Source: Nemertoderma westbladi (Eukaryota; Animalia; Xenacoelomorpha). From it: a stretch of 33,339 bases of DNA. Position numbers and translations under genes: made by a program. The stretch spans positions 1-33,339 of the forward strand of contig JAUCBJ010001797.1 of NCBI GenBank assembly GCA_032718475.1, written 5' to 3'. A model generated the notes under the pieces. The model was not told the origin of the DNA. It was given only the letters and a program-made list of their open reading frames with translations, and did not search any database. Shown in pieces: positions 1-10,518 of the stretch (position 1 is its first letter; each line of letters starts with the position of its first letter).

Positions 1-360
1 TTTATTTGTAAATTTGTAACTCAACGACTTAATATTGGAACCAACAATTTTTAACTATTTTTAATCATTTAATGGTTTTAACGTTACCCACCCTTTTTCC
101 ACCTCTTCATTTAGCACCCTTTTTATTTTTATTTTTTAAATTTAATATTGAACATCTAATACCTTAACAACACTTGTAGCCTACAATTATATCTCTAGGC
201 CTACATACAGTATTAAGATAAATCTAAATATGTTAATCTAATACATCCTATCATACTGTGTATATCGGAATTTGGTGGCATAGTAATTGGTTGTACCGTA
301 CGTTAAATTTAATATTATGGTTTAGGTTTATAAATTGTGTTTTAATGTTATTTTAATTTA

Positions 361-402
361 ATTTACTGAAGACGTCCGTGAGGATGAAATGGCCATATAA
401 AT
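361..402 (+). ncRNA. Minimal type I hammerhead ribozyme motif (Penelope-like-element type)
   Basis: ATTTA-CTGAAGA-c-GTCC-GTGA-GGAT-GAAA-TGGCCA-T-A-TAAAT. CUGANGA and GAAA core boxes are present, stem II is GTCC/GGAT, stem III is palindromic (ATGGCCAT), UH = UA, and stem I is ATTTA/TAAAT. There is one extra nucleotide after A9. Confidence 0.65.
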
Positions 403-465
403 AGAAACTGTTTTCGTTAACCGTGGCATTAGACCCTTTCTACAGTCATTATCCCTGAAGTTATA

Positions 466-3400
466 ATTCAGATATCAGTTATAAATTTCACGTGTTAACT
501 AACAGTCAGACATCAGTTATAAATTTCACGTGTTAACTAACAGTCAGACATCAGTTATAAATTTCACGTGTTAACATTCAGATATCAGTTATAAATTTCA
601 CGTGTTAACTAACAGTCAGACATCAGTTATAAATTTCACGTGTTAACTAACAGTCAGACATCAGTTATAAATTTCACGTGTTAACATTCAGACATCAGTT
701 ATAAATTTCACGTGTTAACTAACAGTCAGACATCAGTTATAAATTTCACGTGTTAACAGTCAGACATCAGTTATAAATTTCACGTGTTAACTAACAGTCA
801 GACATCAGTTATAAATTTCACGTGTTAACAGTCAGACATCAGTTATAAATTTCACGTGTTAACTAACAGTCAGATATCAGTTATAAATTTCACCTGTTAA
901 TATTCAGATATCAGATATAAATTTCACGTGTTAACTAACATTCAGATATCAGTTATAAATTTCACGTGTTAACTAACATTCAGATATCAGTTATAAATTT
1001 CACGTGTTAACTAACATTCAGATATCAGTTATAAATTTCACGAGTTAACTAACAGTCAGACATCAGTTATAAATTTCACGTGTTAACTAACATTCAGATA
1101 TCAGTTATAAATTTCACGTGTTAACTAACATTCAGATATCAGTTATAAATTTCACGTGTTAACTAACAGTCAGACATCAGTTATAAATTTCACGTGTTAA
1201 CATTCAGATATCAGTTATAAAATTTCACGTGTTAACTAACATTCAGATATCAGTTATAAATTTCACGTGTTAACTAACAGTCAGACATCAGTTATAAATT
1301 TCACGTGTTAACTAACATTCAGATATCAGTTATAAATTTCACCTGTTAACTAACAGTCAGACATCAGTTATAAATTTCACGTGTTAATATTCAGATATCA
1401 GATATAAATTTCACGTGTTAACTAACATTCAGATATCAGTTATAAATTTCACCTGTTAACTAACAGTCAAACATCAGTTAAAATTTCACGTGTTAACTAA
1501 CAGTCAGACATCAGTTATAAATTTCACGTGTTAACATAAGATATCAGTTATAAATTTCACGTGTTAACTAACATTCAGATATCAGTTATAAATTTCACGT
1601 GTTAACATAAGATATCAGTTATAAATTTCACGTGTTAACTAACAGTCAGACATCAGTTATAAATTTCACGTGTTAACATAAGATATCAGTTATAAATTTC
1701 ACGTGTTAACTAACAGTCAGACATCAGTTAAAATTTCACGTGTTAACTAACAGTCAGACATCAGTTATAAATTTCACGTGTTAACATAAGATATCAGTTA
1801 TAAATTTCACGTGTTAACTAACAGTCAGACATCAGTTATAAATTTCACGTGTTAACTAACATTCAGATATCAGTTATAAATTTCACCTGTTAACTAACAG
1901 TCAGACATCAGTTATAAATTTCACGTGTTAACTAACAGTCAGACATCAGTTATAAATTTCACGTGTTAACTAACATTCAGATATCAGTTATAAATTTCAC
2001 GTGTTAACTAACAGTCAGACATCAGTTATAAATTTCACGTGTTAACTAACAGTCAGACATCAGTTATAAATTTCACGTGTTAACAGTCAGACATCAGTTA
2101 TAAATTTCACGTGTTAACTAACAGTCAGACATCAGTTATAAATTTCACGTGTTAACAGTCAGACATCAGTTATAAATTTCACGTGTTAACTAACAGTCAG
2201 ATATCAGTTATAAATTTCACCTGTTAATATTCAGATATCAGATATAAATTTCACGTGTTAACTAACATTCAGATATCAGTTATAAATTTCACGTGTTAAC
2301 TAACATTCAGATATCAGTTATAAATTTCACGTGTTAACTAACATTCAGATATCAGTTATAAATTTCACGAGTTAACTAACAGTCAGACATCAGTTATAAA
2401 TTTCACGTGTTAACTAACATTCAGATATCAGTTATAAATTTCACGTGTTAACTAACATTCAGATATCAGTTATAAATTTCACGTGTTAACTAACAGTCAG
2501 ACATCAGTTATAAATTTCACGTGTTAACATTCAGATATCAGTTATAAAATTTCACGTGTTAACTAACATTCAGATATCAGTTATAAATTTCACGTGTTAA
2601 CTAACAGTCAGACATCAGTTATAAATTTCACGTGTTAACTAACATTCAGATATCAGTTATAAATTTCACCTGTTAACTAACAGTCAGACATCAGTTATAA
2701 ATTTCACGTGTTAATATTCAGATATCAGATATAAATTTCACGTGTTAACTAACATTCAGATATCAGTTATAAATTTCACCTGTTAACTAACAGTCAAACA
2801 TCAGTTAAAATTTCACGTGTTAACTAACAGTCAGACATCAGTTATAAATTTCACGTGTTAACATAAGATATCAGTTATAAATTTCACGTGTTAACTAACA
2901 TTCAGATATCAGTTATAAATTTCACGTGTTAACATAAGATATCAGTTATAAATTTCACGTGTTAACTAACAGTCAGACATCAGTTATAAATTTCACGTGT
3001 TAACATAAGATATCAGTTATAAATTTCACGTGTTAACTAACAGTCAGACATCAGTTAAAATTTCACGTGTTAACTAACAGTCAGACATCAGTTATAAATT
3101 TCACGTGTTAACATAAGATATCAGTTATAAATTTCACGTGTTAACTAACAGTCAGACATCAGTTATAAATTTCACGTGTTAACTAACATTCAGATATCAG
3201 TTATAAATTTCACCTGTTAACTAACAGTCAGACATCAGTTATAAATTTCACGTGTTAACTAACAGTCAGACATCAGTTATAAATTTCACGTGTTAACTAA
3301 CATTCAGATATCAGTTATAAATTTCACGTGTTAACTAACAGTCAGACATCAGTTATAAATTTCACGTGTTAACTAACATTCAGATATCAGTTATAAATTT

Positions 3401-5419
3401 CACCTGTTAACTAACAGTCAGACATCAGTTATAAATTTCACGTGTTAACTAACATTCAGATATCAGATATAAATTTCACGTGTTAACTAACATTCAGATA
3501 TCAGTTATAAATTTCACCTGTTAACTAACAGTCAGACATCAGTTAAAATTTCACGTGTTAACTAACAGTCAGACATCAGTTATAAATTTCACGTATTAAC
3601 ATAAGATATCAGTTATAAATTTCACGTGTTAACTAACAGTCAGACATCAGTTAAAATTTCACGTGTTAACTAACAGTCAGACATCAGTTATAAATTTCAC
3701 GTGTTAACATAAAGATATCAGTTATAAATTTCACGTGTTAACTAACAGTCAGACATCAGTTATAAATTTCACGTGTTAACTAACATTCAGATATCAGTTA
3801 TAAATTTCACGTGTTAACTAACAGTCAGACATCAGTTATAAATTTCACGTGTTAACTAACATTCAGATATCAGTTATAAATTTCACGTGTTAACTAACAG
3901 TCAGACATCAGTTATAAATTTCACGTGTTAACTAACATTCAGACATCAGTTATAAATTTCACGTGTTAACTAACATTCAGATATCAGTTATAAATTTCAC
4001 GTGTTAACTAACAGTCAGACATCAGTTATAAATTTCACGTGTTAACTAACATTCAGATATCAGTTATAAATTTCACGTGTTAACTAACAGTCAGACATCA
4101 GTTATAAATTTCACGTGTTAACTAACATTCAGACATCAGTTATAAATTTCACGTGTTAACTAACATTCAGATATCAGTTAAAATTTCACGTGTTAACATT
4201 CAGATATCAGTTATAAATTTCACGTGTTAACTAACATTCAGATATCAGTTATAAATTTCACGTGTTAATATTCAGACATCAGTTATAAATTTCACATGTT
4301 AACTAACAGTCAGACATCAGTTATAAATTTCACGTGTTAACTAACATTCAGACATCAGTTATAAATTTCACGTGTTAACATTCAGACATCAGTTATAAAT
4401 TTCACGTGTTAACTAACAGTCAGACATCAGTTATAAATTTCACGTGTTAACATTCAGACATCAGTTATAAATTTCACGTGTTAACTAACAGTCAGACATC
4501 AGTTATAAATTTCACGTGTTAACATTCAGACATCAGTTATAAATTTCACGTGTTAACTAACAGTCAGACATCAGTTATAAATTTCACGTGTTAACTAACA
4601 TTCAGACATCAGTTATAAATTTCACGTGTTAACTAACATTCAGATATCAGTTAAAATTTCACGTGTTAACATTCAGATATCAGTTATAAATTTCACGTGT
4701 TAACTAACATTCAGATATCAGTTATAAATTTCACGTGTTAACTAACATTCAGATATCAGTTATAAATTTCACGTGTTAACTAACATTCAGACATCAGTTA
4801 TAAATTTCACGAGTTAACATTCAGACATCAGTTATAAATTTCACGTGTTAACTAACAGTCAGACATCAGTTATACATTTCACGTGTTAACTAACATTCAG
4901 ACATCAGTTATAAATTTCACGTGTTAACATTCAGACATCAGTTATAAATTTCACGTGTTAACTAACAGTCAGACATCAGTTATAAATTTCACGTGTTAAC
5001 ATTCAGACATCAGTTATAAATTTCACGTGTTAACTAACAGTCAGATATCAGTTATAAATTTCACCTGTTAATATTCAGATATCAGATATAAATTTCACGT
5101 GTTAACTAACATTCAGATATCAGTTATAAATTTCACGTGTTAACTAACATTCAGATATCAGTTATAAATTTCACGTGTTAACTAACATTCAGATATCAGT
5201 TATAAATTTCACGTGTTAACTAACAGTCAGACATCAGTTATAAATTTCACGTGTTAACTAACAGTCAGACATCAGTTATAAATTTCACGTGTTAACATTC
5301 AGATATCAGTTATAAATTTCACGTGTTAACTAACAGTCAGACATCAGTTATAAATTTCACGTGTTAACTAACAGTCAGACATCAGTTATAAATTTCACGT
5401 GTTAACATTCAGACATCAG
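466..5419. repeat. Satellite array, left arm (38/34-bp monomer, roughly 135 copies)
   Basis: Consensus CAGTTATAAATTTCACGTGTTAAC(TAAC)A(G/T)TCAGA(C/T)AT. Period is 38 bp with the extra TAAC and 34 bp without. Confidence 0.98.
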
Positions 5420-5640
5420 TGTTAGAGTAACCAATATGTAATTTAATCAGATTAATTATATTGATTAATTATAATATACAACTGATTAGTCAGCTGTGCA
5501 GTAGGAGATAATTGTATGTTACACAGCTGTGCAGTTAGAGGTAGTAGGACAATATGCATAACGATGAAGAAGAATTAATTAATATATGAACTATAGTAAA
5601 CTACAGTAATTGTTTTCTGATTCTGTGAGTAATCCTCACA
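5420..5640 (+). repeat. 5' LTR (221 bp)
   Basis: TGTTAGAG...CCTCACA. I found no differences from 10298-10518. Contains CAGCTGTGCAGT twice and a terminal TGTGAG-TAATC-CTCACA hairpin. Confidence 0.97.
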
Positions 5641-5642
5641 TT

Positions 5643-5651
5643 TGGTGACCC
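5643..5651 (+). promoter_or_regulatory. Primer binding site, tRNA-Trp-like
   Basis: TGGTGACCC lies 2 nt after the 5' LTR and is complementary to the 3' end of metazoan tRNA-Trp (...GGGUCACCA). The match is only 9 nt. Confidence 0.75.
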
Positions 5652-5696
5652 AGCGATTTCTTTCTTTTTTTTAAATAAATTAGTTGCTATTGTCCA

Positions 5697-8600
5697 ATGT
5701 CTTTCACTGCTTACCGTAAGGCTGATCTGGCTGAAGTCCTCCAGCAACTGAACAGTTCAGATCCCAACTACTCGCTACCCGACAAGAAAGCCGACATGAT
5801 CGATGAACTCAGCAAAGAGAATCCTGTCGCAATTAAGATTCTTCTGTCGCATATACAGAAGAGTCAAACGGTTGTTCTACAGCCATCAGTACCTCATCCG
5901 CAAATACCACATTCGTATCCACAAAAGGTAAAACTACCCGAATTCTATGAGAAAGACGCTAGAGTATGGTTCCAACAAGTGGAAGCCGTGCTTGAAGGAC
6001 ACCCAGCTGCAGCAATGAGATCCAATTTGTTGGCTGCTTTGCCAACAGAAACAATATTGGATGCTGGAGTCAACCTCAGTGATACTTTCGAGACGATTAA
6101 AGATAATATAATAACTCATTTGGCTGACAGCGACAACAAACGCCTGCGTAAATTACTTGCAGCTCAAGAGCTTGGTGACAGAAAGCCTTCAGCAGCCCTG
6201 CGGCAAATGCTGCGCCTAGCACCAGCAAATGAACAAATCGTCCGTTTGCGTTTTCTAGAAATCTTACCATCCTCGGTTAGTATAGTTCTAACAACTTTGA
6301 GTGGTCTTTCACTGGAACAAATGGGTGATGTTGCTGATAAAATGATTGAGCAACAGGATTCCCAATCGTCAACTAGTTTATCCGCACCAATCCATCATCA
6401 GACTGAAATCAACATGCTCCAGGAGTCGCAAAAGATCCTTGTCCAATCTCAGAAGTCACTCGCTGATCAAATTTCGCAGATAAACACGCAACTAAGAGAC
6501 CTCTCAACACGCCGAGATGGAGATCGTTCCCGTTCTCGATACAACTCATCACGCTCTGGTTCTCGTTCAGCAACACCTCATCGTCAGCGCTCACATTCTC
6601 GCTCCCAATCTCGAGAATACAACCCAAATGGAGCCTGGTGTTACTACCATTACACTTATGGCAGAGAAGCATCCACGTGTCGACCGCCCTGTTCATGGCG
6701 CAATCTAACAAACCGACGTTGTGGAAATCCAGGTAACTCTGACAGTAATAATGAAAACAATAATACCGGTGGTAGTGATATTTGTAATATTCACGTAGAA
6801 GCTTTACCGGTAGGAGAATTTCTAATTGATTCTGGCAGTGGTTATTCTATATTACCCCAGAAATTCCAATCCCTTCTGAAAAATAAATCCCAGAATAATG
6901 TCCTGTTGAAAGCAGCTAATTATTCTGAAATACGAAATTATGGGAGCGGAATACTTGAATTTTATATTCCAACCCTTAGAAAGGAACCCTTTACTTGGAA
7001 TTTTATAGTGGCAGACGTAACACAACCCATTCTTGGAATTGATTTTCTCCGACACAATAATATCAATATTGATTGTGCGAGTAAACAAATATATTTCAAA
7101 ACTCCAATGAAAATGTCGATTCAAAACGAAAACAATAAACCCAATAAAAAACAAGAACAACCCTCAAAAATCAGCAACCAGAATCAATCCAACTTTATCT
7201 ACAGTACGACTTCTAACATGACCAGAACCCCACATATATTTTCAGTAACTGGTGGCAGGAATTATCGTTTAAAGCTAATAGTGATGATTTTAATGATTCT
7301 CTCTATTTTTTACCCTTTAGCATATTGTGTTAGCAAGTTACCGTTATCCATATTTGCCTTACCTTTCTTCTTTATATTTGGTACTGGTGCGATATTAGGT
7401 TTAACATTGGATTGTTTTACAATTGGTGATGAACTATTTGGTTATGCAGGACCGCCCAAAGTAGACATTAGTAGTAAATCGTCTGATTTTTGGTTTCCAA
7501 TTTCAACTGTTTCATGTAAGGAAATTAATAAGGAAATTTCAAGAGTTAACTTAATCAATTCAAATACCAAAACAAGGTTAAATAAATTGTTAAATAAGTA
7601 TGATACTGTTTTCTCTCTGAGATGTAAAAACGAACCAGTAAAACATAATATAGAACACCATATAATCACTAGCGGACCTCCGTGTTTTTCTAGACCGCGT
7701 AGATTATTTGGTGAAAAATTAACCGCCGCAACTTCCGATTTTAATAATTTAGTTAAAAATAGCATTGCAGAACGCAGCGATTCGCCATGGTGTTCTCCGT
7801 TGCACATGGTACCAAAATCTGATGGTACTTGGAGAAATTGTGGTGATTATCGTCGCTTAAATCGGCAAACTGTTTATGACTGCTATCCTATGCCAAACAT
7901 AGCAGACATAAGCAATAACTTTAGGGGCTGCACCGTCTTTACAAAAATAGATCTCGAAAAAGCTTTTTACCAAATTCCTATGGCGGATAATGACGTAAAA
8001 AAAACTGCTATTACTACACCTTTTGGTATGTTTTGTTTTAAAAGAATGCCTTTTGGTCTCAAAAACGCAAGCCAAACCTTTCAACGATTAATAGATACTG
8101 CTCTTTCAGGTTTACCTTTTGCTGTGGGTTACATTGACGATATATTAATCGCAAGCCCAAACGAAGAACAACATTTTAAGGACCTGGAGGCAGTACTAAA
8201 ACGATTTGAGAGTTACGGTTTGAAAGCCAAAATATCAAAGTGTTCATATTTTCAAACTGAAGTGCAATTTTTAGGTTACGTGATATCTAAAAATGGCGTT
8301 TCTCCAAATCCATCCAAAATTCAAGCGATAAAAGAAGTACCACAACCTAAATCTATTTCTTCATTGCGTCGATTTTTAGGAATGTGTGGATTTTACCACC
8401 GATTCATACCAAATTTTTCATTGATAGCTGCACCACTCACCGACCTCACTAGAAAAATAAATAAGTCCAAAAACGAAAATTTTGAACTTACTTTAGATGC
8501 GCAACTTGGCTTTAGCAATTTAAAAAGTGCTTTAGAAAAGTCAATAACTCTGTCTTTCCCTTTGAAAGGAGCACCTCTAAGTATAACAACAGATGCTTCT

Positions 8601-10151
8601 TCCATTGCGTTAGGTGCAGTTATTCATCAGTTGGTTAACGGGAGAGCAGAGCCATTAGCTTTCTATTCTAGAAAATTAACAGCAGCAGAATCAAAAAAAT
8701 CAGCTTTTGATCGAGAACTTCTTGGAATTTATGCAGCATTAAAACAACACGATTGGTTACTTGGCCAAGAAATAACAATTTTTACAGACCATAAACCTCT
8801 TGTGCATAGTTTAACAATGAAAAATCCTTCGCCACAACAATCTAGATGGTTATCCTACATTTCAGAGTTCACAAGTAAGATTGAACATGTTTCTGGTTCC
8901 GATAATATTGTGGCTGACGCCCTTTCTCGTCCTATATGTGCCATTTCATTCGACAATTTGGAAGAATTAGCCGACGCACAATCAGCTGATAGTGACTTAC
9001 AATCATTTTTCCGCTCAACTAATTTACCTTTAAAAAGAGTGAAAGTTCTTGGCGACAAAGAGGTAGTTTACGATGACTCTACGCCCCATCTAAGACCATA
9101 TATTCCGATGACATTAAGACGCCAAATTTTTGACAGTATTCACAATTTATCCCATCCAGGTCCCAAAGAATCGTCACATTTAGTTACCGCTCGTTTTATA
9201 TGGCCAGGTGTTAAAAAGCAGGTAAAAGTTTGGGCTAACGAATGTCAGCATTGCCAAACTTGTAAAATTACACGCCATATTAAAACTCCAATAGACACAA
9301 TACCTACTTCATCTAGGTTAGACACCGTACATATAGATATCGTAGGTCCATTACCTCCATCCAATGGCTATAAATACTTATTCACAGCGGTAGATAGATA
9401 CACCAGATGGCCCGAAGTAGTACCTTTAAGAAATATAACTGCAGATACAGTAGCTACTGCTTTCTTAAATTCTTGGATAAGTCGATTCGGTATTCCCCGC
9501 AAAATAGTTACTGACCGTGGTTCACAATTTGAATCAGCTTTATTCTCCGCCCTGATTTCACAATTAGGAATTGATCGCGCACGTACTACTGCATATCACC
9601 CTTCCTGTAATGGCCTTGTCGAACGATTTCATAGGAGTCTTAAAGCATCACTTAGGGCAAAATGTTGCAGTAGAACATGGTTTAGAGAACTACCTTTAGT
9701 GCTTTTAGGTTTGCGATCCGCAATAGGAGTACATGGATTTTCTCCGGCCCAATTGATGTACGGAACTGAATTACTCCTCCCAGGTCAATATTTTCTACCT
9801 GAATCAAATACCTTAGACCAAACGTTGCCCAATTTTGTTGAAAATTTATTCCGTAAAGTTGATAAATTTAACCCACCAGAGAGAAAACATTTGACTAAAT
9901 CATACATTCCACAATCGCTTGAGAATGCTACACACGTGTGGGTTCGAGATCCTATTAAGCGATCTTCACTAAATTCTTTATACAAAGGACCTTACGAAAT
10001 AATTAGTAAAACAGCGAAAACAGTCAAAATTAAAATTCATAAAGGTGAAGAAACATTGTCTCTAGATAGAATAAAGCCTGTAGTGAAACCTCAAAAATTA
10101 GACGATCGCAATAATAATGTTATTAAGAAAACAGTAACTTTTAGGTTATAG
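5697..10151 (+). CDS. Gag-Pol polyprotein, 1484 aa (Gag-CHCC, aspartic protease, hydrophobic insert, RT, RNase H, integrase)
   Basis: Gag CYYHYTYGREASTCRPPC (6639-6692). Protease FLIDSGS (~6828) and ILGIDFL. RT DYRRLN, MPFGLKNA, YIDD (~8130). RNase H TDAS, DRELLG, TDHKPL, ADALSR. Integrase HHCC (HNLSH...CQHC), DDE (HIDIVGP, VTDRG, VERFH) and GPY. No stops or frameshifts. Confidence 0.97.
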   Translation: MSFTAYRKADLAEVLQQLNSSDPNYSLPDKKADMIDELSKENPVAIKILLSHIQKSQTVVLQPSVPHPQIPHSYPQKVKLPEFYEKDARVWFQQVEAVLEGHPAAAMRSNLLAALPTETILDAGVNLSDTFETIKDNIITHLADSDNKRLRKLLAAQELGDRKPSAALRQMLRLAPANEQIVRLRFLEILPSSVSIVLTTLSGLSLEQMGDVADKMIEQQDSQSSTSLSAPIHHQTEINMLQESQKILVQSQKSLADQISQINTQLRDLSTRRDGDRSRSRYNSSRSGSRSATPHRQRSHSRSQSREYNPNGAWCYYHYTYGREASTCRPPCSWRNLTNRRCGNPGNSDSNNENNNTGGSDICNIHVEALPVGEFLIDSGSGYSILPQKFQSLLKNKSQNNVLLKAANYSEIRNYGSGILEFYIPTLRKEPFTWNFIVADVTQPILGIDFLRHNNINIDCASKQIYFKTPMKMSIQNENNKPNKKQEQPSKISNQNQSNFIYSTTSNMTRTPHIFSVTGGRNYRLKLIVMILMILSIFYPLAYCVSKLPLSIFALPFFFIFGTGAILGLTLDCFTIGDELFGYAGPPKVDISSKSSDFWFPISTVSCKEINKEISRVNLINSNTKTRLNKLLNKYDTVFSLRCKNEPVKHNIEHHIITSGPPCFSRPRRLFGEKLTAATSDFNNLVKNSIAERSDSPWCSPLHMVPKSDGTWRNCGDYRRLNRQTVYDCYPMPNIADISNNFRGCTVFTKIDLEKAFYQIPMADNDVKKTAITTPFGMFCFKRMPFGLKNASQTFQRLIDTALSGLPFAVGYIDDILIASPNEEQHFKDLEAVLKRFESYGLKAKISKCSYFQTEVQFLGYVISKNGVSPNPSKIQAIKEVPQPKSISSLRRFLGMCGFYHRFIPNFSLIAAPLTDLTRKINKSKNENFELTLDAQLGFSNLKSALEKSITLSFPLKGAPLSITTDASSIALGAVIHQLVNGRAEPLAFYSRKLTAAESKKSAFDRELLGIYAALKQHDWLLGQEITIFTDHKPLVHSLTMKNPSPQQSRWLSYISEFTSKIEHVSGSDNIVADALSRPICAISFDNLEELADAQSADSDLQSFFRSTNLPLKRVKVLGDKEVVYDDSTPHLRPYIPMTLRRQIFDSIHNLSHPGPKESSHLVTARFIWPGVKKQVKVWANECQHCQTCKITRHIKTPIDTIPTSSRLDTVHIDIVGPLPPSNGYKYLFTAVDRYTRWPEVVPLRNITADTVATAFLNSWISRFGIPRKIVTDRGSQFESALFSALISQLGIDRARTTAYHPSCNGLVERFHRSLKASLRAKCCSRTWFRELPLVLLGLRSAIGVHGFSPAQLMYGTELLLPGQYFLPESNTLDQTLPNFVENLFRKVDKFNPPERKHLTKSYIPQSLENATHVWVRDPIKRSSLNSLYKGPYEIISKTAKTVKIKIHKGEETLSLDRIKPVVKPQKLDDRNNNVIKKTVTFRL

Positions 10152-10283
10152 TAATCAGTTATTTTTGAGTCTATTTCACTTTCAAACTCATTAGGTTCAG
10201 TCTTACTTTAATGAGCCTTTAATGATACTCTTGTTTATCTCATATTTAGTGTAAATATTTATTTAATAATGTGCTCCGCAATT

Positions 10284-10294
10284 AGGAAGGGGGG
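10284..10294 (+). promoter_or_regulatory. Polypurine tract
   Basis: AGGAAGGGGGG ending 3 nt before the 3' LTR. Confidence 0.9.
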
Positions 10295-10297
10295 TCA

Positions 10298-10518
10298 TGT
10301 TAGAGTAACCAATATGTAATTTAATCAGATTAATTATATTGATTAATTATAATATACAACTGATTAGTCAGCTGTGCAGTAGGAGATAATTGTATGTTAC
10401 ACAGCTGTGCAGTTAGAGGTAGTAGGACAATATGCATAACGATGAAGAAGAATTAATTAATATATGAACTATAGTAAACTACAGTAATTGTTTTCTGATT
10501 CTGTGAGTAATCCTCACA
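10298..10518 (+). repeat. 3' LTR (221 bp)
   Basis: Direct repeat of 5420-5640, followed by the TSD ATCAG. Confidence 0.97.

Larger units (their letters stand above)
5420..10518 (+). mobile_element. Full-length Ty3/Gypsy LTR retrotransposon, CsRn1/Kabuki/Boudicca-like lineage
   Basis: Two 221-bp TG...CA LTRs, 5-bp TSD ATCAG (5415-5419 and 10519-10523), tRNA-Trp-like PBS, PPT and a single gag-PR-RT-RH-IN ORF. The Gag zinc knuckle is CX2HX9CX3C, typical of the CsRn1 lineage. Confidence 0.96.

Noticed and set aside
5934-9985. Short antisense and overlapping ORFs within gag-pol
   Set aside because: No recognisable motifs; these are expected shadows of a long coding frame.
10152-10283. Possible env or extra ORF after pol
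   Set aside because: Only about 130 bp of AT-rich sequence lies before the PPT, with no ORF.
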